This document shows, piece after piece, positions 27,778 through 37,853 of a DNA stretch of 37,877 bases. The stretch is from sequence record SRR31156797_7382. The stretch is one strand, 5' to 3'. The notes under the pieces were generated by a model, which saw only the letters and a list, made by a program, of their open reading frames with translations, was not told where the DNA came from and did not search any database. A program made the translations under genes and the position numbers. How positions within the stretch are numbered: the stretch's first letter is position 1; every line of letters begins with the position of its first letter.

Positions 27778-28482
27778 TTACCATTCAAAATCTTGAAATT
27801 CTACCGATTCACAATTGATATCATAGCCAGAGCTAGCTTGAGCCGCTTCAAATTTGTAAGCATAAACACCAATTACATATGTAGTTCCATTTACTTTTTC
27901 AAATGAGGTCCATTTATTCGATGAAATGTTAAAATTATGATTCGAGGTAAATAATCTGTTTGATACATACAGATAGTTTCCATCTTTGGAATCCATTATT
28001 TTTACAACGTAGGTATCGGCATCTTCAATATCCTTCCAATCTAGTTCAAAACTATGCATATCTTCATCGTAAACGAAATTTGTGATTTCTACCGGATTAA
28101 TTCTTGTATCAAGTAATTTATCCACAGTTGTAAAAACAGTTTGATCTGACGCAGTTACTTGAAATGTGTATATTCCATTTGTAACATCATCAATCGTGTA
28201 ATCATCTTCAGAAGGTAACCATCTGAATCCAGTATCTGAATCGTAGCTTGTTAAATCATAACTAAGATTACTATCAGTTGGACCTTCTACATTTATTTCT
28301 TTAATCGAAAAGTTCGAATAGTTGTATATAACTGGAGCGTATCGTATTTCATCATCCACTTTTACAATTCGAACAAAAATATCACCTATACTTTGTGTTG
28401 ATGGAGTATCAAGATCATCATCACATGAAATCAAAACTATTGCACACATAAAAATTGCCACTATGGCTCTAATCGTCTTCAT
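27778..28482 (-). CDS. Hypothetical lipoprotein (Ig/FN3-like), divergent from the ECF sigma
   Basis: Lipobox LISC followed by DDD; L.W.....AD.Y.V FN3-like motif. Confidence 0.7.
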   Translation of the reverse strand: MKTIRAIVAIFMCAIVLISCDDDLDTPSTQSIGDIFVRIVKVDDEIRYAPVIYNYSNFSIKEINVEGPTDSNLSYDLTSYDSDTGFRWLPSEDDYTIDDVTNGIYTFQVTASDQTVFTTVDKLLDTRINPVEITNFVYDEDMHSFELDWKDIEDADTYVVKIMDSKDGNYLYVSNRLFTSNHNFNISSNKWTSFEKVNGTTYVIGVYAYKFEAAQASSGYDINCESVEFQDFEW

Positions 28483-28742
28483 TTTTTGTCTTTTTAAATA
28501 TTTTTGAGATAAGCTTTACTTATTCCCGGGTGCTTATCTACATTTATAGTTTGTAAAACTTTTACATTTGCATGATGTCAAATTGTTGATATGGTTGCTT
28601 AATTAATTTAAAAAAAGAAGTTTTAAGTATTAAAGGTGCTGATTATGAGGAATGGATAAGAAGATGTTGGAAAAAAATGTAATTTTGACGCAACCTTATT
28701 CATTTGTGTACTACTATTAGTTAAACGTCGATAAGGTAAAAG

Positions 28743-29318
28743 TTGAGAACCACTTTGGAAAACCAAAAATTAGAAAAGATTATAAAAGATTGCTCGAAAG
28801 GAAAGTCTAAAGCACAAGAGTTTCTTTACAAGGAGTATGCCCCAAAAATGCTTGGGGTTTGTCTGCGGTATTCCAATAATTTAGTGGAGGCTGAAGATAC
28901 TTTGCAAGATGGTTTTATCAAGATGTTTCAAAGTATAAAAACATATAAATTTAAAGGTTCTTTTGAAGGTTGGGTACGTCGTATAATGGTAAATACTGCT
29001 TTAGAGAAATTTAGAAAATCGAAGCATATTCAGGTAGTGGATGAGGTTTGGGAAGATGAAATTGATACTGAAGAACAGTCAATAACAGAAGACATACCAT
29101 TGAATATGCTACTGGAATTGATACAGAATTTACCCGATAGGTATCAAATGGTATTTAGTTTATACGTTCTTGATGGATATTCTCACAATGAAATTGCTGA
29201 GGTGATGAATATTACGGTTGGCACATCTAAATCGAATTTAGCCAGAGGTAGGGCGATATTAAAACAAAAAGTGAATGAGTATTTGAATGAAAATGAAAAC
29301 AAACTGAAAATATGCTAG
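28743..29318 (+). CDS. ECF RNA polymerase sigma factor
   Basis: AQEFLY, AED.LQDGFIK, GSFEGW.RRI.VN, LP..Y..VF.L...DGYSH.EIA, GTSKSNL.R; TTG start at 28743 or 28755. Confidence 0.95.
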   Translation: MRTTLENQKLEKIIKDCSKGKSKAQEFLYKEYAPKMLGVCLRYSNNLVEAEDTLQDGFIKMFQSIKTYKFKGSFEGWVRRIMVNTALEKFRKSKHIQVVDEVWEDEIDTEEQSITEDIPLNMLLELIQNLPDRYQMVFSLYVLDGYSHNEIAEVMNITVGTSKSNLARGRAILKQKVNEYLNENENKLKIC

Positions 29319-30643
29319 ACGAAAACAAACATATTGATAGTCTGTTTGCAGATAGATTGAAAGGATTGAGTGTTGAGCCGAATCCTGAGGTTTGGAATGC
29401 AATTAATGGAAAGATGCTTGCAAAACGAAGAAAGAAGATGTTAGTAATCTACATTTCAACAGGAATTGCAGCCGCTATTCTTCTATTATTCAGTATCACA
29501 AATCAAGCACTTTTTGATGTTAACACTAATGCAATACAATTTGAGCAAATAAGTGCTAATACTAAAACGGATTCTGAGAATACGATAGAAAATGACAATC
29601 AAGAATTTAATACACAAAATATAGAAACACAAAATACGAAGAGTACAGATCTGAATAATACTATTTCCAAGCTTGAATCGAACGTATCAAAATCGAATGT
29701 TCTTATAGTTCGAGAATCAAAGGCAGTTTCAATTCCAAAAGAATCTATTATTGATGCAATTCCTATAGGGTTTAGTCGATTGTTTACTCGCGATAAAGAT
29801 TCGTCTCAGGAGCTACAATACAATTTAGCACAAAAGGTTGATCCAGTAGTTCTTTTGGCAGATGAATTGCAAATAAAAGCCAATTTAATGTTATTGGAGC
29901 AAGAAGCAAAAGAAGTACTGAAAGAGAACAGATGGTCAATATTGGGACAAGTATCTTCTGCATATTCTAATGAAACTTCTGCAGAGAGTGCTGCAAGTGG
30001 TATTGTAAGTTTTGGAGGTGGAGTTAAAGTTAATTATGCATTGGGAAAAAAACTTGCTCTTCAAACAGGTTTCTTATATAATAGTTTTGGGCAAGATTTA
30101 AGCAGTGGTGGTGGTCAGGAAATGTTATTTTACGATGCGAATTTAACTGGAGAATCAGGATCGACTTTTGATGGATCTAATCGTAGAAAAGTTTTCCCAG
30201 CTTCAACATCAGCAGGAGCAATTAAATTTTCAAATCATTCATCACAAGTTGAAAATAGTGAGTATGTAAGTTCTTCTTATTCATCATCGAATATAATGCA
30301 GAACTTTGAAACAATAGAAGTGCCATTTATTTTACGATACAGCTTAACTCAAAAAAGGTTAGGGGTTTTTGTAAGCGGTGGGTTAGGTGCTAATTTTATT
30401 GTTGCTAATGGTGTATATGATACCTCAGGATCGAAGCGTAAGATTGGTGAGATCGAGAATTTACGTACTACAAATTTTAGCTCTTTAGTTGGTTTAGGAT
30501 TTGAATACAAACTGAACTCAAAACTACAAATAGGTGTTGAACCGACATTTAAGTACTATTTGAATTCTATAAATAAGAGTAGTGAATTTGATTATAAACC
30601 ATACTCAATAGGAATTCTTACCGGAATTAGATATAATTTTTAA
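29312..30643 (+). CDS. Putative anti-sigma factor with TM helix, disordered linker and C-terminal outer-membrane beta-barrel
   Basis: Overlaps the sigma stop codon; ID.LF...L......P...VW..I N-terminus, TM, N/T/S/E-rich linker, barrel ending G.RYNF. Confidence 0.8.
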   Translation: MLDENKHIDSLFADRLKGLSVEPNPEVWNAINGKMLAKRRKKMLVIYISTGIAAAILLLFSITNQALFDVNTNAIQFEQISANTKTDSENTIENDNQEFNTQNIETQNTKSTDLNNTISKLESNVSKSNVLIVRESKAVSIPKESIIDAIPIGFSRLFTRDKDSSQELQYNLAQKVDPVVLLADELQIKANLMLLEQEAKEVLKENRWSILGQVSSAYSNETSAESAASGIVSFGGGVKVNYALGKKLALQTGFLYNSFGQDLSSGGGQEMLFYDANLTGESGSTFDGSNRRKVFPASTSAGAIKFSNHSSQVENSEYVSSSYSSSNIMQNFETIEVPFILRYSLTQKRLGVFVSGGLGANFIVANGVYDTSGSKRKIGEIENLRTTNFSSLVGLGFEYKLNSKLQIGVEPTFKYYLNSINKSSEFDYKPYSIGILTGIRYNF

Positions 30644-30690
30644 TACCTACTAAATTATCATTTTCTTTAATAGGGGAAGAAGTGATATTA

Positions 30691-30733
30691 AACACAAAAG
30701 AGATAAGCTTTAAAGCTTGATCTCTTTTGTGTT
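30691..30733. terminator. Terminator between convergent genes
   Basis: AACACAAAAGAGAT-AAGCTT / AAGCTT-G-ATCTCTTTTGTGTT. Confidence 0.8.
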
Positions 30734-30751
30734 ACAAATTATTCTTTTCGC

Positions 30752-31567
30752 TTACTTTAATAATTCTTCAATTTTCGAAATTAATTCATTCAATTTCTCT
30801 TCGCTGTAGCCAATCGAAGTATAAACCACTTTACCGTTTTGATCGATTAAGTAATTACGAGGAATATAGTTGGTAGCATATAGTTTGAAAATTTCTTCTT
30901 TTGGATCCAATCCAGCATCGAAAGAAATTCCTTTACTCTTTAATTTTTCTATTTTTTTAGCAACCATTTCTTTTTTCTCACCGCGAGAAATAGGCAGAAA
31001 TACGAAGTTTTTATCTGCAAAAGGTTGCAATACTTTCTCAGGCATTTCGTACAATTCTCTCATGCATGGAGCACACCAGGTTGCCCAAAAGTTTAAAAGC
31101 ACGACTTTACCTTTTAAATCAGATAGTTTAATATTTTTTCCATCTAGCATTTCAACAATAAAATCAGGAGCAATATCGCCGGCATTTACGAGTGTAGATT
31201 CTTTTATCTTTTTTTCTCTCTCTTTTTGTTGTTCTGCCATTTTTTCACCCATTGCCGCGGCTTCCTCGGATGTAATGGGTTCTGTATTTTTAATTTCCTC
31301 CTCCGTTTTAAGAATAACCTCCATTATTATTGCATCTTCAGCTTCGTCACCATATTTTTTTATTAACTGGTCTTTTTGATCATCTGAAATGCTTGTATTT
31401 AATGATTTAATTTGTTCGGGTTTTAGTTTGTAAATATCCTCTTTAGTAACTTCTTTACCATCGATAAAATAGTATGTTTTTGGCTTTTTAATTTTTGTTT
31501 CTTGAGCAAATGTTCCGAATGTAAACAGAACACTAAATAGAATTGCAATTGCTAATTTTAATTTCAT
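30752..31567 (-). CDS. TlpA/ResA-like thiol-disulfide oxidoreductase
   Basis: APDF, LSDLKGKVVLLNFWATWCAPC, IPRNYLID; signal peptide. Confidence 0.92.
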   Translation of the reverse strand: MKLKLAIAILFSVLFTFGTFAQETKIKKPKTYYFIDGKEVTKEDIYKLKPEQIKSLNTSISDDQKDQLIKKYGDEAEDAIIMEVILKTEEEIKNTEPITSEEAAAMGEKMAEQQKEREKKIKESTLVNAGDIAPDFIVEMLDGKNIKLSDLKGKVVLLNFWATWCAPCMRELYEMPEKVLQPFADKNFVFLPISRGEKKEMVAKKIEKLKSKGISFDAGLDPKEEIFKLYATNYIPRNYLIDQNGKVVYTSIGYSEEKLNELISKIEELLK

Positions 31568-31690
31568 AAATAGCTGTTTTTGTATTTGATTTATTGTTAC
31601 TATTAGTTTTCAATCAAATATAGGAATCTTATATTGTTAATTTTACGATCAAATGTTAATAAACCATAAATTAAAATTATGATTGAAAAA

Positions 31691-32782
31691 TTATCGAGGT
31701 GATATTAAAAATGATGGTTCATAATCATTAGGCAGAGTATTTACCAAGGAACGTTGTCCCATATCACCTCTTATCTCAAAGGATAAGTTTGAAGATGTAC
31801 CATTAGGACGAACATCGAATTCTTTGTCCAGAGACATAAATGTTGTATTTGAATAAAAGTATTCCCCCATAGTAAGAGGCAACTGTTTAGGTCTTTGTTC
31901 ATTGTCATAGTAATAGGTAACATTTAAAAGATCTTTGTTGAATTTATATCTTTTAAGATTGTGCTCCTCATAAGTTAGAGTAAATGCAGCTAAGGTTGAA
32001 TCAGAATGGTGTTTTATTAAATAACCATTTGAATTTAGTTTCTTAAAATATAAACTGGTAAGAAAATGCCTTAGTGAACCATAGTAATGACCTCTGCGAT
32101 TGAGTGCAATGTTTTGTATATGAAGAGCATTTTTAGTTGGTAAATTTTCATAAAAGTAAAATGCTGATAGTTTGTAACTATCTTCTCCACTGATAGATTT
32201 TAATTTGACATTTTTCCCTCCGGGCTGTTGCTTTTTGCAGATACTAAAATCTTGTATTAAAACTTTAATTCGATATCCTAAATATCTGTTCTCGATGAGT
32301 AGTGGTGATTTGCAATAAGCGTGAAAATCATACTCGCTACGTTTAAATTTAAGCACCGAATCGTTAAGGATTTTTATTTGTTCCCGATCGGCATTTAACA
32401 TGAAGTATTTGTAAAATAATCGAAGATTTTTACGCCTTAAATTTTTACCCTTTACTTTAACTTCGTTAATATTTCGCGAATTAAGTATGAGTTCAATATT
32501 TAAATGAGAAGCTGATGTTATTGTGAATACTCTGGATTGATAGCTAACATGTGTAACACCTAAATGACAAGGAATATAAGGGGATTTAATGCTAAATGTA
32601 CCATCTTTTCTCGTCGTAGTTCCAATTGTAGTTCCTGAAATAAAAATTTCCACATTTTGAATGGGTTGCTTTGTGTGTTTGTTAATGATTTTCCCAGTAA
32701 TTAATTTACTGTTTTTTTGAGCTAAAAGTGTATTGCTTAAACACAGAAGTAATATCATTGTAATGATTGTGTATTTGCTCAT
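31691..32782 (-). CDS. Secreted carboxypeptidase-regulatory-like domain protein
   Basis: Signal peptide; ITGKII...TKQPI..V.I...GT.IGT.T..DG.F; EN..LGY.I, Y.GS..HF. Confidence 0.75.
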   Translation of the reverse strand: MSKYTIITMILLLCLSNTLLAQKNSKLITGKIINKHTKQPIQNVEIFISGTTIGTTTRKDGTFSIKSPYIPCHLGVTHVSYQSRVFTITSASHLNIELILNSRNINEVKVKGKNLRRKNLRLFYKYFMLNADREQIKILNDSVLKFKRSEYDFHAYCKSPLLIENRYLGYRIKVLIQDFSICKKQQPGGKNVKLKSISGEDSYKLSAFYFYENLPTKNALHIQNIALNRRGHYYGSLRHFLTSLYFKKLNSNGYLIKHHSDSTLAAFTLTYEEHNLKRYKFNKDLLNVTYYYDNEQRPKQLPLTMGEYFYSNTTFMSLDKEFDVRPNGTSSNLSFEIRGDMGQRSLVNTLPNDYEPSFLISPR

Positions 32783-32932
32783 GATAAATATTATTTGGGT
32801 TTAATTTTTACGTATTTACTAGAGGTTTTGGTTTGTTAAGTTGCTTATATTACCAAATATAAGTAAAATGTACTGTTAATTATGTGTAGATTATTACTGC
32901 TACATAATAAATAATCATTGTAAATAGTAAAT

Positions 32933-32961
32933 AAAAAACCACCTCAATAATGAGGTGGTTT
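32933..32961 (-). terminator. Terminator of the acyl-CoA dehydrogenase gene
   Basis: AAACCACCTCA / TGAGGTGGTTT with an A-run on the left. Confidence 0.8.
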
Positions 32962-32984
32962 CGCACATAAGATATGTATTTGTT

Positions 32985-34490
32985 TTAAGCCATTTCAATC
33001 CATGAACTTCCTTCGTTGTAGTTTTCTATGCTCGAAACTCCTTTGTTGATATGATAGGAGTTAATTAAATTGCTAATATCTTGCTGTAAGGAATCAATAC
33101 AATTTGTGATCAAATCTTTTCTAAAGCCTTTATCTTCCAAATCAAGAACAAAACCAGCAGAAACAATTCTACCCAAAGCCTTACCTAAGTCAACTAATTT
33201 CCGTTGAGGAAGATCAAAATCAATTGAAAAGTTGATCTCTTTTTTAAAATACTCAGAAGCCTTATCAGTTAGATTAAATTCTTTTAGGAATTGAAAAAGA
33301 TTGGTCTCCTTTTTTTTCTTCATTAGTTTAAGAATCATATCTGAAATTTGAGTGTAGAGCATTTCGTTGGCTCCTTCAAAAATCTGAAACGGTCTGCTAT
33401 CCACAATTCCTCGTCCGCCAATATGACTTAAACGGTATCCTTTGGCTCCTGAAAGTTGTACCAAAGTTTGAGCTGCTTCCTGCATTAAATCGGTCACAAC
33501 TGTTTTAATACTATTGGCTTCAATTCCATCGGTAGCTAAATTGTTTTCAAGGCCACTTTTGTTGCTACTACGCACACACAAAGCAGAACAAATGGTATAG
33601 GCAGATTGCATTTTAGAGATTTGGTGTTGCACCTGATCAAATGAAAGTAAACTCTTACCGCCAACAATCCTTGTTTTGCACTGATCAATGGCTTCATCCA
33701 TTAATCGTTTGATAAAGCCTAGTCCCATTCCAGGAAATTGCATTCTACTTCTGTGAAGAATGTCAAGCATCATTTTTACTCCTGAACTTTCTGGTTCTAA
33801 TTTGTATTCTTGTGGAATTTGTACGTCTAATTTGTTAGTACCATAAGGAATCATGTACAATCCCAGATTATCAAAATATTCCTCAACAACTACTTGCTGA
33901 TTTTTTTGAGTTACATCGCAAATAAAAAAGTCAATGTCGCGTCCTAAATCTCCTTTTTCATTTTTTTGACGGGAAGTAATAAGCCAGAAGTCAGCCAATC
34001 CGGTTAAGCCTTGCCAATGTTTGGTTCCTTTAATATGGTAGCGATCATCTGTTTTTGTGTAATGAGTTTGCATGTTTAAGGCATCGCTACCAAAATCAGG
34101 CTCGGTAATCATCAATCCACCCATTTGTTGTTTTTCCAGAAAGCGCTTGAAAATACCATTCTTAACGGTATCATTAGCGTATTTTGCGACAGGTTCAAGA
34201 AACAGCGCAATATTTATACCCAGCGTTAGTGCCAATGGTAATGATTCATATGCTGCCGATGACAGTATACCTAAACACTCTTTCACCTTAGCTCCACGTC
34301 CACCGTAATTTTCAGGAATAGCAACAGATAGAGGCGATCCAGACATTATCTCTCTCATAACCAATGGCGGAAAACCACGGTTCAAACTGAATTTATTAAT
34401 GTCATCTCGTTCGTAAAATACCGATTTTAAAGTCTGTTCAAACTCTTTTAGGTATTCAGAAAAGTTTTTAGTCATTTTATTATTCTCCAC
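32985..34490 (-). CDS. Acyl-CoA dehydrogenase family protein
   Basis: IPENYGG.G, ITEPDFGSD, I.GTKHW, GA.GY, IFEGANE. Confidence 0.9.
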   Translation of the reverse strand: MENNKMTKNFSEYLKEFEQTLKSVFYERDDINKFSLNRGFPPLVMREIMSGSPLSVAIPENYGGRGAKVKECLGILSSAAYESLPLALTLGINIALFLEPVAKYANDTVKNGIFKRFLEKQQMGGLMITEPDFGSDALNMQTHYTKTDDRYHIKGTKHWQGLTGLADFWLITSRQKNEKGDLGRDIDFFICDVTQKNQQVVVEEYFDNLGLYMIPYGTNKLDVQIPQEYKLEPESSGVKMMLDILHRSRMQFPGMGLGFIKRLMDEAIDQCKTRIVGGKSLLSFDQVQHQISKMQSAYTICSALCVRSSNKSGLENNLATDGIEANSIKTVVTDLMQEAAQTLVQLSGAKGYRLSHIGGRGIVDSRPFQIFEGANEMLYTQISDMILKLMKKKKETNLFQFLKEFNLTDKASEYFKKEINFSIDFDLPQRKLVDLGKALGRIVSAGFVLDLEDKGFRKDLITNCIDSLQQDISNLINSYHINKGVSSIENYNEGSSWIEMA

Positions 34491-34614
34491 TTTTAATCAG
34501 GTCTAATTTAATTTAGACGAGATAAAAATAGCTTTAATAAAAGACTTTGAGATCTTATTGTGCGTTTTTATTCTTAATTAGAAGAGTAAACTTGAATATG
34601 AACTAATATTATAT

Positions 34615-35676
34615 TCAATTGAATACTTCGGCAGCAGGTAGCAGTTCATTCTTAAAATTAAATAAAGCTTGGTTTTCCCAGCTCGAACCATTTATTGATT
34701 CTGCTCCATCGAAAGCCACATATTCAGCTCCCCAATAACAAAAACCAAGAGTATTTGTTTGTTCACAAATTTCTCTAATTTTTAATATAAAATTTAATTG
34801 TCCTTGTGGGCTTGCGGGATAATTCGGAAGAATAAGTTGTTCCTCCAGTCCTACGATATTATTCGTCCAATCGTTCCAAGACAAAGTAAAAGGATAGGCT
34901 GTTTCAGCAATAACTACCGCTTTGTCATATTGATTTTTCAATTGAATGAGATTGGTTTTCAATTCATTTAAATCTTTCCCATGCCATAGTGGATAATAGG
35001 AGAGAGCTATGACATCAAAATCTAAATGATTCAAATTATTAAAGAATGATGAGGCGTAGGAATGACCGGCATAATGAAGCATGATTTTGCATTCTGTATC
35101 AGAGTCGCGAACCGCTTTAATACCTGATTTTACAAGTATTTTAAATTGAGAAAAATTTGTATCAATATTTCCATGGGGAAATAAAAAACCTGAATTTATT
35201 TCATTTCCAATTTGTATGTAATCGGGTTGAATTTCATTCATAATCTTTGTTGTATAAGAATATACACTATCAGTAAGTTGTTCAAAATTTAAATTCGACC
35301 ATGATTGTGGTATTTCTTGATTTGCAGGATCAGCCCAGGTATCGGAATAGTGTGTACAAATCCACACTTTTAAGCCTATAGCCTTAGCTCTTTTTGATAG
35401 TGTTTTCACTTCTTCGAAAGTAGAATGTTTATTGACAGGCGAATGCCAGAGTCTAATCCGAACAGTATTTAATCCATTGTTTTTTAAAATATTTAAGGCA
35501 TCAGAAGTTATTCCATTATCTGTGAAAACAATATTTGATTCTTCAATTTGTGGTAAGAAGGATAAATCTACTCCCTTAATAAATTCGTTAACAAGAGGAG
35601 GCTCTTCATTGTTGTTTTTAGAACAGGAACTTACTGTAAGACTCAATAGTAATAAAAAAATAAGCTTTGTATGCAT
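34615..35676 (-). CDS. GH53 endo-beta-1,4-galactanase lipoprotein
   Basis: KGVDLS, N.VRIRLW, HYSDTWADP..Q..P..W, QIGNE, SYYP.WHG, AETAYP, WENQALF. Confidence 0.92.
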   Translation of the reverse strand: MHTKLIFLLLLSLTVSSCSKNNNEEPPLVNEFIKGVDLSFLPQIEESNIVFTDNGITSDALNILKNNGLNTVRIRLWHSPVNKHSTFEEVKTLSKRAKAIGLKVWICTHYSDTWADPANQEIPQSWSNLNFEQLTDSVYSYTTKIMNEIQPDYIQIGNEINSGFLFPHGNIDTNFSQFKILVKSGIKAVRDSDTECKIMLHYAGHSYASSFFNNLNHLDFDVIALSYYPLWHGKDLNELKTNLIQLKNQYDKAVVIAETAYPFTLSWNDWTNNIVGLEEQLILPNYPASPQGQLNFILKIREICEQTNTLGFCYWGAEYVAFDGAESINGSSWENQALFNFKNELLPAAEVFN

Positions 35677-35890
35677 AAAATATTTTGAATTGAGGTAAAT
35701 CTACGAATATTTTAAGATCAAATAAGCTCGTTTATAAAATGAGGCTAATTTGTGATTAATAAATCATTTGATAATTGACATTTTAAAAGTGTTATTTCCC
35801 ACTTTTTTATTAGATATAAGTTATTGTTTGCTACTAAATATTGTTGTAAATTAATGTTTCATTTAGTTGTTCATCAATACTTTATTAGCT

Positions 35891-37801
35891 ATGAAAATGA
35901 AAATTGCCTTTGCGAGTATGCTCATGCTTGCTACAATTATGTTGTCATGTACAACAAAAGAATCTAAAAAATCAAAAGTGGAAAAACCACCTACAATTGC
36001 CTTGGAAGATTTCTTTAAGAATCCTGAAAAAACCTCTTATCGTATTTCGCCGGAAGGAACGAAATTTTCTTATCGAGCGCCTTATCAGGATCGCATGAAT
36101 ATTTTTGTACAGGAAATTGGTTCGGAAAAAGCTATTCAGATAACTTATGAAACAGATAGAGATATATCTGGTTATTTTTGGGCTAACGACAATCGTATTC
36201 TGTATTTGAAAGATGACGGAGGGAACGAGAACTTCAAACTGTATGGAGTTGATATTGATGGGAAGAATTTAATTTGTTTTACCGACTTCGAAAATGTGAG
36301 AACAGGAATTATCGATCGTTTGGAAGCGATTCCCGATGAGATAATTATCTCGATGAATAAGCGTGATGCTCGAGTTTTTGATCCGTATCGATTAAATATT
36401 GTTACAGGAGAATTAACGATGCTTTATGAAAATCCTGGTAATATTACCGGATGGATGACCGATCATGATGGCAAACTACGAGTAGCAACTGCCGTTACCG
36501 ATATGGTAAATGCTACTTTATTGTATCGTGATACTGAAAAAGACGAATTTAAGCCTGTCTTGACAACCAACTTTAAGGAAAGCATGTCTCCTCATTTCTT
36601 TACTTTTGATAATAAAATGTTGTATGCCAGTTCCAATTTGGGAAGAGATAAGCAGGAAATTGTAATTTTTGATCCTAAGACAGGAAAAGAGGTGGAAACT
36701 TTGTTTGCACACGAAATGGTAGACGTGGAAGGATTATCTTATTCTAAAAAGAGAAAAGTCTTGGCTTATGCTTCCTATACAACGGATTTACACCATTACA
36801 AAATTTTCGATAAAGAGTTCGAAAAAATGTACAAGCGCGTAAAAAATGAATTGTCAGAATACGATTGTTATTTTACCAGTACAAATAAAGATGAAGATAA
36901 GTTTTTGATTAGAACGTATAGCGATCGTTCTTTGGGAGCATATTATTTCTACGATAAAAATACAGACGAATTAAGTCTGATTCAGGAAGTGAGTCCTTGG
37001 CTTAATGAAAAGTATATGGCTAAAATGAAACCTATTAAATACACCAGTCGCGATGGAAAAACGATTCATGGTTATCTTACTTTGCCTGTGGGTGTAGAAG
37101 CTAAAAATTTACCTATCGTGATAAATCCTCATGGTGGTCCTTGGGCTAGAGATCATTGGGGTTTTAACCCGGAGATTCAGTTCCTGGCTAATAGGGGATA
37201 TGCTGTTTTACAGATGAACTTTAGAGGTTCAACGGGCTTTGGACGCGAATTTTGGGAATGTTCGTTTAAGCAATGGGGAAGAGCCATGCAGGATGATATT
37301 AGTGATGCGGTAAAATGGGCTATTGACGAAGGAATTGCAGACAAGGAAAAAGTGGCAATCTACGGTGGCAGTTACGGTGGATATGCAACTTTGGCTGGAT
37401 TAGCATTTACGCCTGATTTGTATAAATGTGGTGTTGATTATGTAGGAGTGAGCAATATGTTTACTTTTATGAATACCATTCCACCTTACTGGGAACCTTA
37501 TCGTCAAATGTTTTACGAAATGGCAGGTGATCCTGTAAAAGATAGTTTAATGTTGGCTGAAGTTTCGCCTGCCTTACATGCAGATAAAATTACGGCTGCT
37601 TTATTTGTAGCTCAGGGAGCTAACGATCCTAGAGTTAACATCGATGAATCAGATCAGATGGTTGAAGCGATGAGAAAACGTGGTGTAGAGGTTGAATACA
37701 TGGTGAAAGACAATGAGGGGCATGGTTTTCGTAATCAGGAAAACAGATATGATTTTTATCGCTCAATGGAGAAATTCTTAGGAACTCATTTGCAGCAATA
37801 A
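35891..37801 (+). CDS. S9-family serine peptidase (dipeptidyl aminopeptidase/acylaminoacyl peptidase), lipoprotein
   Basis: HGGPW, NFRGSTG, GGSYGG nucleophile, NDPRV, EGHGF; lipobox MLSC; ATG 35891 or 35897. Confidence 0.93.
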   Translation: MKMKIAFASMLMLATIMLSCTTKESKKSKVEKPPTIALEDFFKNPEKTSYRISPEGTKFSYRAPYQDRMNIFVQEIGSEKAIQITYETDRDISGYFWANDNRILYLKDDGGNENFKLYGVDIDGKNLICFTDFENVRTGIIDRLEAIPDEIIISMNKRDARVFDPYRLNIVTGELTMLYENPGNITGWMTDHDGKLRVATAVTDMVNATLLYRDTEKDEFKPVLTTNFKESMSPHFFTFDNKMLYASSNLGRDKQEIVIFDPKTGKEVETLFAHEMVDVEGLSYSKKRKVLAYASYTTDLHHYKIFDKEFEKMYKRVKNELSEYDCYFTSTNKDEDKFLIRTYSDRSLGAYYFYDKNTDELSLIQEVSPWLNEKYMAKMKPIKYTSRDGKTIHGYLTLPVGVEAKNLPIVINPHGGPWARDHWGFNPEIQFLANRGYAVLQMNFRGSTGFGREFWECSFKQWGRAMQDDISDAVKWAIDEGIADKEKVAIYGGSYGGYATLAGLAFTPDLYKCGVDYVGVSNMFTFMNTIPPYWEPYRQMFYEMAGDPVKDSLMLAEVSPALHADKITAALFVAQGANDPRVNIDESDQMVEAMRKRGVEVEYMVKDNEGHGFRNQENRYDFYRSMEKFLGTHLQQ

Positions 37802-37818
37802 TTAAAAGTTTGGAATAA

Positions 37819-37852
37819 AAAAAAACTCATCAATTTCTTGATGAGTTTTTTT
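37819..37852. terminator. Bidirectional terminator (peptidase / tRNA)
   Basis: AAAAAAACTCATCAA-TTTC-TTGATGAGTTTTTTT. Confidence 0.85.
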
Positions 37853-37853
37853 G

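Noticed and set aside
1238-36712. Many antisense or overlapping ORFs in the track (e.g. 1238, 1984, 4730, 6578, 7037, 22503, 24472, 26027, 30870, 34072)
   Set aside because: Shadows of well-supported genes; no motifs of their own
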